This document shows, one piece after another, positions 55,122-64,000 of a stretch of DNA of 64,000 nucleotides. The notes beneath the pieces are model-generated. The model ran no database searches. It was not told where the DNA came from and saw only the letters and a program-made list of their open reading frames with translations. A program made the translations under genes and the position numbers. Source of the DNA: a virus. Its lineage: Duplodnaviria; Caudoviricetes. Each line of letters starts with the position of its first letter. Position 1 is the first letter of the stretch. The stretch covers positions 17,322 through 81,321 of IMG/VR virus record IMGVR_UViG_3300027210_000001; one strand, given 5' to 3'.

Positions 55122-55583
55122 TTACCTCCAAACTTCATGTAAATAAAGACGTGAGCCAACTGCAGTGTCGGCAGGTCCAGGTAATGCCTGGATAAATTCA
55201 GCACCAGAGCGTTCGTAACGATAACGAGCTTGGAACGGATCTTTGTAGTTAGGGACGTAAAGAATGCCAGCCAAGCGATTAGTTTCGTAGAGATAAATCT
55301 CGTCCCAAACTTTCAGCGCTTCCTTGGCATTACTCGACCGAATAGTACGGTCAACGTCACCAGCAATACTTTCGAGTCTAGTGGAAGGAGAAGTAGCAAC
55401 TTCAGTTTTCTTTTCAGCCGTATCACAACGGCCAATCTGAATTGCGATCTTGTCGTAAAAATAAGAATCAGGTACTGTGTTAAGAGCTTCTTCTAAACGG
55501 GCGTAGTCACCCGCCGGCACGGAAACCGTGAAGTAGCCCAGGTGGTACCGGACCCTACTTTTGTCAAAATCGCTGAGCTGCAC
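55122..55583 (-). CDS. putative head-tail connector protein
   Basis: LSDFDKSRVRYHLGY N-terminus; position downstream of capsid genes. Confidence 0.55.
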   Translation of the reverse strand: MQLSDFDKSRVRYHLGYFTVSVPAGDYARLEEALNTVPDSYFYDKIAIQIGRCDTAEKKTEVATSPSTRLESIAGDVDRTIRSSNAKEALKVWDEIYLYETNRLAGILYVPNYKDPFQARYRYERSGAEFIQALPGPADTAVGSRLYLHEVWR

Positions 55584-55622
55584 AGCTTACTTCCGTATGT
55601 TTTTAATTATAGATGCAGTAAA

Positions 55623-56291
55623 TTAACCAGCGTACGGATTCGGCATGGACTGAAGTAATTGCATGTACATGTCGGAATTGTCAGCCGGTTGCAATAACTG
55701 CTGTACAAATCCACGTTTCATCTGAGTGGCTGCACTTTCTTTCGGCGTACCTGCAAAACCTGTGCCAAGGAGATAACCAACTAAAAACTCTTTGGGGTCT
55801 ATACCAGAGCCAGATGGATCGGCTACTCTACCTTCAGTAAGGTCAGCTGATTCTCCCAGCGTCTTCATATGGCCGTATCCAAGCTCATACTTACCATCTC
55901 CTGTTGTCCAGGTGGCTAAATTACCATAGCCCCCTTGATTGGGATGGGGCTCAAACTTGATGTCTCCTTCTACAAAAATCTCAGTCCCTTCTGCACCCGC
56001 ATAATCTCTACCCCGGTGGTATGTACTGGCTCCAGGAATTCCTGTATTCCGTGGGCCAAAACCAGAAGTCATCGTAAGGCCGGCTGCCGGATTTAATTGC
56101 AATCCGCCTTTTTCATCCGCAATGTACTTAGGTACTCGATTTGGCCCGACCCTTACACCTAAAAATTTACTTCGATGGGCGCCAGGGTCTTCATATTGAT
56201 TAGTCTCAAGGTTTAATACGTAGCTATGCAAATGTGGGCCGGAAGAAACCCCGGTCGATCCAAGTTGCCCTATGCGTGTTATCTTTGCCAT
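55623..56291 (-). CDS. M23-family peptidase, circularly permuted
   Basis: GSTGVSSGPHLH at the N-terminus precedes HRGRD, GGYGN and YGHM. Confidence 0.8.
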   Translation of the reverse strand: MAKITRIGQLGSTGVSSGPHLHSYVLNLETNQYEDPGAHRSKFLGVRVGPNRVPKYIADEKGGLQLNPAAGLTMTSGFGPRNTGIPGASTYHRGRDYAGAEGTEIFVEGDIKFEPHPNQGGYGNLATWTTGDGKYELGYGHMKTLGESADLTEGRVADPSGSGIDPKEFLVGYLLGTGFAGTPKESAATQMKRGFVQQLLQPADNSDMYMQLLQSMPNPYAG

Positions 56292-56308
56292 GTTCTTATT
56301 TTAAAACT

Positions 56309-56332
56309 AAAAAACCCCTGGTTTCCCAGGGG
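56309..56332 (-). terminator. intrinsic terminator of the capsid operon
   Basis: CCCCTGG-GAAA-CCAGGGG-TTTTTT. Confidence 0.85.
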
Positions 56333-56351
56333 CAGTACTTGGAGATGAGAA

Positions 56352-56780
56352 TTAAACCCTAATTAAATCAGCAGCAAACACTGCGTCCCAATCAATACGT
56401 CCAACCTGTCGCAGTTGTTCGAGGGTATGGAACCTTTCACCCGATAAGGACATTTGAAGGTCTTTAATCTCTCGAGCAGTTTTTAATCCAACACCCTTAA
56501 TATGATCAGCGATCATTTGAGCGGTGGCTGCATTAATGTTTAAACGCACGTCCGGTGGGAAAGTTCGCGGCTCTTCTTGTGCAGCTTTATCTTTTACTTG
56601 AAGAGTTTTTACCTTTTTGGTAGCCTCTTCATCAGGCACAAGCTCAGTTTTGTAAGCAGTGTAAAGGCGACCGTCCTGATCTTCGACCATGTACCAATCG
56701 CCGTTATCCCATTCGCTTACAACTTTGACGCGTGCACCTGTTTTTTTATGCTGATAAAGCATTGTCGCAGTGATTGTCAT
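56352..56780 (-). CDS. SH3-like + helix-hairpin-helix (ComEA-type) protein
   Basis: LNINAAT...IKGVGLKTAREI...FHTLEQL. Confidence 0.8.
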   Translation of the reverse strand: MTITATMLYQHKKTGARVKVVSEWDNGDWYMVEDQDGRLYTAYKTELVPDEEATKKVKTLQVKDKAAQEEPRTFPPDVRLNINAATAQMIADHIKGVGLKTAREIKDLQMSLSGERFHTLEQLRQVGRIDWDAVFAADLIRV

Positions 56781-56815
56781 AGGACCAGTAGTTACCTGGT
56801 CCTAGTTTAACCTAA

Positions 56816-57619
56816 TCAGCTAACGGTGCGACCCAGAAGATAACCTTCGATGTCTTCGTAGCCAGGAGCAATGTCGGGCTGGATGTAGCACACTTCCACA
56901 ACCAGGTAACCAGTGCGGCCGGCAGCAGAGTCACCGCTAGAGATGTAGAAACCACCAGAAGTAGTGGTGCTGTTAGCGGTTTCCTTAGCGAACACCTTGA
57001 GGGTGGTGGCGGCAACAGCGGCGTAGTTGACGGTGCCAGGAGCCACGCCAGTAGCGCCGGTGATGGTCAGGAAGGGGTTGGTGCCATAACCAGCAGTAGC
57101 GCCAGCGAAGTAGATTTCGCCAGCCTGGGTGCCGGAGATGCTAGAAGTCAGGTTGGCCTGAATCACACCTTCGCCCACACCAGAAGCGGCGGTGGGGTTG
57201 TTGGAGGCAACACGACCGAACGAGATCACGTTACCGGTGGCGGCATACACGCCAGAAGCCACGCGGCCATCACCCCAGCCAGAAGCCACGGAGATCGCAG
57301 TGCGATACACGTAAGCAGGAAGGGTGGAGCTACCAGAGATCACCATGCCGGTGATGTCGGTACGGGTGTCGTCCTGGCGGTAAGGCGAGGGAACGATCAC
57401 GTCAGCAGAGGCGACAGGGCCAGAGCCAGAGGTGGCGGTAACAGCCACATAACCACGCTGCTGGAAGTAGCGGTAACCAGGGGTAGCCAGCACAGAAGTG
57501 GGGCCGCCCTTGGAGAAATCATTGGTGCCATCGGGAATGGCATCAATGTTTTTATACCAGCCGTTCAGGGGTTCAGCCCAGTTGCCGGGATAAATTTTCT
57601 TAGCGGACAAATAGGTCAT
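56816..57619 (-). CDS. putative capsid decoration/minor capsid protein
   Basis: Directly after the MCP, with the same strong codon bias. Confidence 0.7.
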   Translation of the reverse strand: MTYLSAKKIYPGNWAEPLNGWYKNIDAIPDGTNDFSKGGPTSVLATPGYRYFQQRGYVAVTATSGSGPVASADVIVPSPYRQDDTRTDITGMVISGSSTLPAYVYRTAISVASGWGDGRVASGVYAATGNVISFGRVASNNPTAASGVGEGVIQANLTSSISGTQAGEIYFAGATAGYGTNPFLTITGATGVAPGTVNYAAVAATTLKVFAKETANSTTTSGGFYISSGDSAAGRTGYLVVEVCYIQPDIAPGYEDIEGYLLGRTVS

Positions 57620-57652
57620 TTATCTTTTCCTATAAATGTGTATGGTTAACTA

Positions 57653-58819
57653 TCAGACCACACCGTCATCAGACACATAGCTGAATGCGGTGGTCACGAA
57701 GTCCTTGTTCAGGATTTCGAAGCCGGCATACAGTTGCCAGATAAGGATGATGAAACGGCTGAAGTCGTCGTTGTTGTTGATCAGAACTTGAGCATTGGGG
57801 CCGCCAATACCCACGCCGATCGACTGAGGACCGAAGAAGTAACCTTGGGCAACTTCTTGGGAAGTGTAGGTGCCGCCGGTGCCGGTGAAAGAAGTGCTGA
57901 TGTTCTTGGTCGGGAAGTTGGTCGACTCGAAGAACTTAACGCCTTCAAACTGCACGCCGGTAGGCATAACAGGTTCGCCAGCCAGGAAATAGCCTTGACC
58001 AGCTTGGGGACCTTGGTAGAAGCTGGCGTTGTTAGGCAGCATGGGGTTACCCATGTACATGCCTTGGCCGGGGTTACCAGCGTAACGAGCAATCTCACGG
58101 AAGTCAGGATCACGACGCAGGTGCATCATGAAAGTGGGATCGCAAATACAGCGATACAGACCATCAGCAAAGGTAGGAACGTTGCGCTTACGCAGGTCCT
58201 TAACAATGTTCAGAAGGTCGGTACGCACCGAGAACTGCTGCACGTCGGCAGTGTACTCGTCAGAGGTATAAGCGATACGACCAGAGGAGTCCTTGGCTTT
58301 GTTACCAGCGAAGTAGTAACCGCCTTGGGTGGTGCTAGCTTGACCATTGGCTTCGGCTTTGGCGAGTTCATCAATGAACACGCGGTCGCGCCAACGACGG
58401 TAGTCATCAAGCAGCGTCAGGCTACCGATGGACTGGTGGAACATGTTCAGGTTGCCGCTATCAAGCAGCAGACGCTGAGCAGTGATCAGAGTTTCGCGAG
58501 CGATCTTGAAGGTCGAAGGCTGGGTCGGATCACCCGGGTCCGCAGGACCGGTGTATTCCTTAAGCACCACCAGAACTTTTTCCTTGGTGATGTTACGGCT
58601 GTTAGCGGTACCGATGGTTTGGTCGGCGATACGCTCACGGCTATCCTTAGTACCAGGGGTACCCCAGAACTTATAGCGGTCTAACTGAACGGTTTGACCA
58701 GGCTGACGGGTGAAGTCGTGGACAACCACGGGCTCCACAGCCATTTCAGTGATATAGGCAGGGTGGGGCCGATATAATTCGGCGCCCAAAATCTTTGGAA
58801 AGTCGTTGTCAATAAACAC
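57653..58819 (-). CDS. major capsid protein
   Basis: 388 aa, GGAGG + GTG start, strongest codon bias; QPGQTVQLDRY...F pattern; follows portal and scaffold genes. Confidence 0.85.
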   Translation of the reverse strand: MFIDNDFPKILGAELYRPHPAYITEMAVEPVVVHDFTRQPGQTVQLDRYKFWGTPGTKDSRERIADQTIGTANSRNITKEKVLVVLKEYTGPADPGDPTQPSTFKIARETLITAQRLLLDSGNLNMFHQSIGSLTLLDDYRRWRDRVFIDELAKAEANGQASTTQGGYYFAGNKAKDSSGRIAYTSDEYTADVQQFSVRTDLLNIVKDLRKRNVPTFADGLYRCICDPTFMMHLRRDPDFREIARYAGNPGQGMYMGNPMLPNNASFYQGPQAGQGYFLAGEPVMPTGVQFEGVKFFESTNFPTKNISTSFTGTGGTYTSQEVAQGYFFGPQSIGVGIGGPNAQVLINNNDDFSRFIILIWQLYAGFEILNKDFVTTAFSYVSDDGVV

Positions 58820-58915
58820 CTTGGTTTATCCTCCAGTGTCAGTGTTTTTATCGGGTGAAAGATAAAGACACATATGTCTTATCTAACACAAATTTTAGCA
58901 GACAGTAAACTTAGA

Positions 58916-59512
58916 TTACATGTACCGCAAAGTTGTCATCGATCCATCGGTGGTTGCAAGTGCACCCATCGTGTTACTCGAGCCATATTGCTCGGGATCC
59001 ATGTACTGCTGTTGCTGGAAACCAGGAATTCCCATTGCACCAGGTACAGCGCCAAGTGCAACACCGCCTAAGCCAGCGGCAAGTGCGCCGGCTGGAGCGG
59101 CAATAGCTCCTAAGCCACGTTTAACATTTAATGCAGTAGCCTCAGGTGAATATACAGCTTCCTGTAATGCATTGGTCAATGCGTTAATTCCACGAGTGGC
59201 TCCACGCATTGCACCCATTCGCATACTGGACGGATTTGCTTTTGCCTTCTCGGGAATTTTGGCCCCAAGAGCTTGTAAAGCACTGCCGCCAGTTTGGCCA
59301 ATTTGATTTGCCAAACCTTGGACAGAATCTGCATATCGTCCAGCAAGTCGAGGTGTAACTGCACGTGCACCAAGTAAACCAGCAGCACCACCAAGAGCGC
59401 CAGCAGTGCCAGCGAGAATTGCAGAGCCTGGATCTTCACCTTGAGAAAGGGCGTACCCACCAGCTGCTAAGCCAGCAGCGGCAGGCACACCGTACTTAAG
59501 AAGAGGGCGCAT
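58916..59512 (-). CDS. Gly/Ala-rich hypothetical protein
   Basis: 198 aa with hydrophobic Gly/Ala segments. Confidence 0.75.
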   Translation of the reverse strand: MRPLLKYGVPAAAGLAAGGYALSQGEDPGSAILAGTAGALGGAAGLLGARAVTPRLAGRYADSVQGLANQIGQTGGSALQALGAKIPEKAKANPSSMRMGAMRGATRGINALTNALQEAVYSPEATALNVKRGLGAIAAPAGALAAGLGGVALGAVPGAMGIPGFQQQQYMDPEQYGSSNTMGALATTDGSMTTLRYM

Positions 59513-59516
59513 GGCC

Positions 59517-60518
59517 TCACTCCATCACAAACAGTTTGTTTGCAACAACTTGAGGTTGGGCTTGGTTCAGAAGACGCCAAGCATTCTCAGGGCTCACATC
59601 CATTTGTTGCTTAAAGCTGCCCCAGAAGTTTTCAGGCTGTTGGGGAGCAGAAGCAGCGGGAGGTGCGGGGAACTGACCCATGTAGTTTTCAATGGATGCA
59701 GTCGGGTAACCACGGGTTCCCAATTCCGACTCATCTTCGTACACGGGGTACGGACCTTCGGGACCGAAGAACTTCAGCGTGTAATCGCTGAGCACATCGG
59801 GGTTGGTCAGGATTTCGTTGTAGGCCAGGTTCTCTTGGTGCTCAGCAACAGAGAAGTCAGCAAAACGATGAAGGACCTCTTGTGCTTTACCGCCCCAAGC
59901 AACAGCGCTATCCAGCATGGCTTCCAGTTGGAGGCCGTAGTTATTGAGGATGGCGGGTGCGTCCCAGCCGTAAGCGTCAATTACGTTTCGGCTTTCGGGA
60001 CTTAGGTGCAGGTAATCGGCGATCGCCGTTTGCACTTCCCCTGTCGGGCTCAGCCCCTCGAGAGCCGAATAAATCCCCGAGGAGATTTGGGAAGAGTTGG
60101 GCGAGTAGCCCTGGTTGGGTGACCAGGTCTGCGGAGCCGATTGTTGCGTAGCTGGGTTGCTGTACTGCTGACCGTAGTTCGCCGGGGCGTACTGTGTCGT
60201 CTGATATGACTGACCCTGGAACGGGGATTGAACTGGACTGCTCAGCAGACCCACCACTTTGTTGAACGCCGACTCCCATGGGTTGGCCTGAGGGGCCGCC
60301 GGTTGGGATTGGGGGGCGTACTGAGTAGGGGCTGATTGGTAATTGGGGGCCGCCTGAGGAACCGCTTGGGGGTAGCTGGTACCCACCTGATACTGAACCG
60401 GCATCCCCACTGGAGCTTGAGGTGCCGGAGCTTGCGCCGGTACCACGTAGCTGCTTGGAGCCACCGCCACTGGTGATTGGCTCGTCTGTGGGATCGATTG
60501 GACGGTAGCGTCCTGCAT
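59517..60518 (-). CDS. putative scaffolding protein
   Basis: Gln/Pro-rich N-terminus, acidic helical C-terminus, between portal and MCP. Confidence 0.7.
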   Translation of the reverse strand: MQDATVQSIPQTSQSPVAVAPSSYVVPAQAPAPQAPVGMPVQYQVGTSYPQAVPQAAPNYQSAPTQYAPQSQPAAPQANPWESAFNKVVGLLSSPVQSPFQGQSYQTTQYAPANYGQQYSNPATQQSAPQTWSPNQGYSPNSSQISSGIYSALEGLSPTGEVQTAIADYLHLSPESRNVIDAYGWDAPAILNNYGLQLEAMLDSAVAWGGKAQEVLHRFADFSVAEHQENLAYNEILTNPDVLSDYTLKFFGPEGPYPVYEDESELGTRGYPTASIENYMGQFPAPPAASAPQQPENFWGSFKQQMDVSPENAWRLLNQAQPQVVANKLFVME

Positions 60519-62265
60519 AACTCATCTCCTTTTGTAGAGCTTCTAATGTTCGATACAGATATGGGGTTAAATCCAATCTTGGATCCGCAGCCATCGGTAA
60601 GTCCGGTGCCTGTGGGTGAGGAGTCTGCATCATGCCCCCCACTAAGCGAGTAAATTGAGAGTAAGCACCCTGCAATTCGTTCACCATCCTGAAAGGGAAC
60701 CCAGATAACATCTCGGCCCTTTCCTCATCCGTCTTAGACGGAAAGAGGTATTTCAGTGCTTCAATGCTATCAACACCTAATTCCTGTAGGTTTCGTACCA
60801 CGATGGAGTTGTTGAGGATGTCTTGTGTAGAGTCCTCATAGACAGGGCCCATCCAACGCCATAACACTGTTACGTCACCGTCAGGAATAAGGCCGATAAC
60901 CTTGGGAGGAATTTGTTGTGTCTCCACACAAGCCATCATAAGTTTTTTCAACATCTCATTGTGTTGCTTCATCGCCTCTTCGTAGGCAGCCTCTTCTTCC
61001 GGACTTGCACCTGGAGCTAAGTCCACTGGCTTCTCAAGGCCGGCTGCCATAGCAAGAGTTGTTTTGAACAACTGCTCTTCTTGGTAGATAATTAATTCAA
61101 GGCAACGAGAGATGCCGTGAGTATAAATTGCGTTTGCTTTCTTTTTAGATGTTGCAGCAACACGACCGAACAAGGATTTGTATTCTGTTGCGGTGACGCC
61201 TGCCGAAATTGAAAGTTCGTCAACACCACCTAAAGCAGTACGAATCTCTTCGCGATACTGACGGGCAAATGCGTTCTGGTCACCTGTGATTGCATCAGGA
61301 ACGATGTAACCAACTCGGTCGTTTGGTTCCAGGTTCGCAATAACACGTGGAACTCGGATCTGACCATCTACACCACGACTAACGGGATCAGCCTTAAAGG
61401 TTGAACGACTCAATGCCGCGGGACTTGTAAAGCCAGAGTTAGCAGCGATTGAAGGGCGCTGGACCACGGAGTCACCACCTGCTTCCATCAAGTCCGTCTT
61501 GGGACGAGAAGAAAGAAGGGTAGGGTTACCAAAGAACGTGATGTTTTTGCGCATGGTGCGCATCAACTCATCATGGGTACAGATATGGTTTGCTACTGCG
61601 TCAAACTCTCCGGAACCCTCGTTAGAGAAACCTTGAGTATTGTTGATGATCTCTACGCAAGGAATAAAGCCAAGGCTATTCTTAAGCTGCTTGGTACTCC
61701 CAGTTAAAGCATAGGTAGGCATGTCGAAAGTCATCTCCGAATCGGAGTGAGTTTCTTCAATTTCCTTTGCCTTAATGGACAGACGAATGTAACGCTTAGC
61801 GCCAGGGTTGTAAGTGCTTTGCGTTCCCGTAAGATTTGTTGTATTCAGCTGATCACCAAAGCCGTTACCTTTACGAACCTTGTAGCTGTAGATGATTACA
61901 ACTTCATCCAGCTCGCCATCAACGTTGTAATAGGCACGATATTCGTGCTCACGAAAATAATAAAGCCTGTAGTTTTGCTTGGTAGGACGGATATAAAAAA
62001 GACCTTTGCCATCACACAGGAAATATTCCCAGATCGAATCAAGGCGTGTATCTAGTTTGTTGTACTTCAGTACACGGTCCAGGAAGTCTTTGCGCTGTGC
62101 ACCAAAGTTATCCTGGGACGGGAAGAATTCAACTCCTTGGCGGATGCCAAAAAGTTTCATCTGAGCAATGTGGGCTGCGACAATGCTAGTGTCGACGACA
62201 ACGTTACTATCCTTGTTGAGATAGGCGTCAATAATTTCGTTAAGTCGTGCCTTAGCGTCAGCCAT
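59977..62265 (-). CDS. portal protein with a ~180-aa extension overlapping the scaffold gene
   Basis: Largest head-module ORF downstream of terminase; FFGNPTL and NSIVVRNLQELGVDSIEAL-type portal-like segments. Confidence 0.75.
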   Translation of the reverse strand: MADAKARLNEIIDAYLNKDSNVVVDTSIVAAHIAQMKLFGIRQGVEFFPSQDNFGAQRKDFLDRVLKYNKLDTRLDSIWEYFLCDGKGLFYIRPTKQNYRLYYFREHEYRAYYNVDGELDEVVIIYSYKVRKGNGFGDQLNTTNLTGTQSTYNPGAKRYIRLSIKAKEIEETHSDSEMTFDMPTYALTGSTKQLKNSLGFIPCVEIINNTQGFSNEGSGEFDAVANHICTHDELMRTMRKNITFFGNPTLLSSRPKTDLMEAGGDSVVQRPSIAANSGFTSPAALSRSTFKADPVSRGVDGQIRVPRVIANLEPNDRVGYIVPDAITGDQNAFARQYREEIRTALGGVDELSISAGVTATEYKSLFGRVAATSKKKANAIYTHGISRCLELIIYQEEQLFKTTLAMAAGLEKPVDLAPGASPEEEAAYEEAMKQHNEMLKKLMMACVETQQIPPKVIGLIPDGDVTVLWRWMGPVYEDSTQDILNNSIVVRNLQELGVDSIEALKYLFPSKTDEERAEMLSGFPFRMVNELQGAYSQFTRLVGGMMQTPHPQAPDLPMAADPRLDLTPYLYRTLEALQKEMSYAGRYRPIDPTDEPITSGGGSKQLRGTGASSGTSSSSGDAGSVSGGYQLPPSGSSGGPQLPISPYSVRPPIPTGGPSGQPMGVGVQQSGGSAEQSSSIPVPGSVISDDTVRPGELRSAVQQPSYATIGSADLVTQPGLLAQLFPNLLGDLFGSRGAEPDRGSANGDRRLPAPKSRKPKRN

Positions 62266-62296
62266 TTACTATTCCTTTCTTTGTAATAGTAACAGC

Positions 62297-62671
62297 TTAG
62301 TAAGAACTAAGCGGATACTGCCACATTTGTTGGCCTCTCATTTTATTACCTTCGGCTGCCGTCATTTGATCTAACATTTGTTGAAACCCGCTAAGATCTT
62401 CTTGTGCAGGAGGCGGTGCCTGTGCAAGCAGTCCTCCCAAGTTACCGATACCGATGCCTGCAGAAGGCAATTGACGTGGAATATTAAATTGCTGCTGTTG
62501 TTCATAGCGTTTTGTGTCTGTACCAGGTAAAAGTGGTGTGGGGTTCCAGGGCTCCCCTCCTTGGATCTTAAACCTTGGATCCATCAAAGGATTGGTATTG
62601 GCACCAATGACTGAATTGTTAAAAACACCTGCGTTTCCAATTCCCACAGGTCCGCCGCCATAGAATCGCAT
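62297..62671 (-). CDS. hypothetical protein
   Basis: 124-aa Gly/Pro/Gln-rich ORF with TAAAAT upstream. Confidence 0.65.
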   Translation of the reverse strand: MRFYGGGPVGIGNAGVFNNSVIGANTNPLMDPRFKIQGGEPWNPTPLLPGTDTKRYEQQQQFNIPRQLPSAGIGIGNLGGLLAQAPPPAQEDLSGFQQMLDQMTAAEGNKMRGQQMWQYPLSSY

Positions 62672-62696
62672 TTTTCTTCTGCTTATTGTTTTTATT

Positions 62697-62879
62697 TTAC
62701 TCTTCTATAACCTCATATCCAGCGGAGTCGTTGACTTTGGTAAGAGAAATACCGGTGCCACGCACGTCCCAGTTGAGCACGTCTCCTTCTTGCCAGCCCA
62801 GCTCCTCGATTACTTCGTCGGGCAATGTGATGTATTGATCACCGTTTTCGTCCTCTTGGACCTCAAGGATGTAACTCAT
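62697..62879 (-). CDS. AbrB/MazE-type DNA-binding protein
   Basis: YITLPDEVIEELGWQEGDVL. Confidence 0.8.
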   Translation of the reverse strand: MSYILEVQEDENGDQYITLPDEVIEELGWQEGDVLNWDVRGTGISLTKVNDSAGYEVIEE

Positions 62880-63169
62880 TTGGACAAAAGCTTTTCCATT
62901 AGCTTATCAAGCTTATTATTGATTTCGCGGAAATTATCATGCATTTCTTTTATCTCCCTAAGGAAGTCAACCTTAAGAACGTACTCCATTGGCATTCGGT
63001 TGATTTGATCTTCCAAAATATCAATCCTGCGCTTTTGTGAGTCAGTATATTTCAGCGTGTTTTGAATACGCTCTTGATGTCGATCTAATATTTTATTGGC
63101 GGTCCAGGAACCGCCTGTAATTGCCGATATCACTGCAGTGATCGCAATCGCTACATACTCTGGTCCCAC
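62876..63169 (-). CDS. N-terminal TM + coiled-coil protein
   Basis: VAIAITAVISAITGG followed by heptads. Confidence 0.7.
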   Translation of the reverse strand: MGPEYVAIAITAVISAITGGSWTANKILDRHQERIQNTLKYTDSQKRRIDILEDQINRMPMEYVLKVDFLREIKEMHDNFREINNKLDKLMEKLLSK

Positions 63170-63200
63170 AGCAGGAAATTCTTTTTTTCAATTCTACAAT

Positions 63201-64000
63201 TCAATAATCCAGTTGAAGTTTGCCTTTACGCATCAAGCCATTGATTAGCCACACAAGAGCGTCAACACAGTCATCGTGACTGCTGACACCAAAGTTAGTC
63301 ATCTCTTCAAACATTGCAGTGAAATTTCGGAAACGATTAAAGATAATTTTGCGATCTTCAAACATACCCATACAACCACGGAATCGAGCCAGTTTATCCG
63401 CTCGGAAACCTTTAACGGCATGCCAGTTAATGTTGTACAAGTTCTCTCCGTTTAAGCAAACACGTTTAAAGTCGGCTTCCAGGGATGCTTGATACTGTAC
63501 GGCTTCTGAGTAAATGTCGCACGTTGAGTAAGTCGGGAAGTAATTACCGTTCTGATCACAACCCAAGATTGACCAATCATTGAGAAGTTCTTTGAGGGCA
63601 TCTAATTTTTCTAGGTTACCCATCACGCGAATACGCCTGTAATCAATGATGTGAATACTGTCGCCAATGCGTCCGCCAAGAACCATCACCGTGTAATCGT
63701 TCTTTTCTTTGGTGCCAGCAGATAGATCGACCCCTACAGCAAGGGTGTCAAACTCCGTTGCAATCTCAGCTTTTACAATTAACTCTGGTGCCAGGGAGAG
63801 TTCATTCTGTCGAACCACCTGGTTCATGTACTGGAAAGAGAAAGCAATTGGCGCCTGTCGTTTCTTTTCCTTCAGGTAGTCCAGTGACCACATATCTGGC
63901 CAGTACGAGACCTCATCCCCTGTCTTGGCATCATTCAAGATTGCCGACAGCACAATCTGCATCCAGTTGTTTTGCGGGTTGAATGTCGTGGAGTGAATGT
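63201..64000 (-). CDS. terL: terminase large subunit, C-terminal nuclease part (5' end outside window)
   Basis: FSFQYMN, AVGVDLS...KNDYT, HDDCVDAL; frame stays open to 64000. Confidence 0.9.
   Translation of the reverse strand, partial: IHSTTFNPQNNWMQIVLSAILNDAKTGDEVSYWPDMWSLDYLKEKKRQAPIAFSFQYMNQVVRQNELSLAPELIVKAEIATEFDTLAVGVDLSAGTKEKNDYTVMVLGGRIGDSIHIIDYRRIRVMGNLEKLDALKELLNDWSILGCDQNGNYFPTYSTCDIYSEAVQYQASLEADFKRVCLNGENLYNINWHAVKGFRADKLARFRGCMGMFEDRKIIFNRFRNFTAMFEEMTNFGVSSHDDCVDALVWLINGLMRKGKLQLDY

Noticed and set aside
56352-56780. The HhH protein as photosystem II PsbU
   Set aside because: It has no signal peptide, the pattern is generic ComEA-type HhH, and it sits in the capsid operon.
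57734-58684. 316-aa + strand ORF antisense to the capsid gene (likewise 52499-53230 and those inside the tail fibre)
   Set aside because: These are shadow ORFs expected opposite strongly codon-biased genes; they have no motifs or initiation signals.
60018-60027. GGCGATCGCC as HIP1-type repeat enrichment
   Set aside because: Only one copy was noticed, inside a CDS.

Overview
This window is part of a tailed cyanophage genome, probably a lytic lineage infecting Synechococcus/Cyanobium-like hosts. The host call rests on the hli gene, an NblA-like gene, a CP12-like gene and speD. Layout: (i) 1-22.2 kb is a + strand early/middle region with many small ORFs, tRNA-Leu(UAA), thyX, Gp88, family A DNA polymerase, an SSB-like protein, Gp157 and Dps. 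(ii) 22.2-26.7 kb is a - strand block with HNH genes, an RNA locus, small basic proteins, a methyltransferase and hli. (iii) 26.8-35.1 kb is a + strand replication block with an exonuclease, AEP primase-SF3 helicase, speD, a glycosyltransferase and a 210-bp inverted-repeat element. (iv) 35-64 kb is mostly - strand lysis and virion genes, ending in a terminase large subunit truncated by the window edge. No integrase, CRISPR array or reverse transcriptase was seen. The strongest unexplained signals are: (1) a promoter-driven ~245-nt multi-helix ncRNA followed directly by two tRNA-like elements with remodelled anticodon arms, which flank an HNH gene; (2) seven covarying copies of a ~28-nt H-type pseudoknot in the leaders of early and replication genes; (3) a Rubisco-LSMT/SETD3-type SET methyltransferase gene alongside a minimal CP12, an NblA-like gene and hli; (4) a 69-bp-arm inverted repeat with iteron-like motifs, a candidate origin; (5) long dual-coding overlaps, a circularly permuted M23 peptidase, and short modules shared between lytic enzymes. 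All family calls come from motif recognition by eye; no database search was run.
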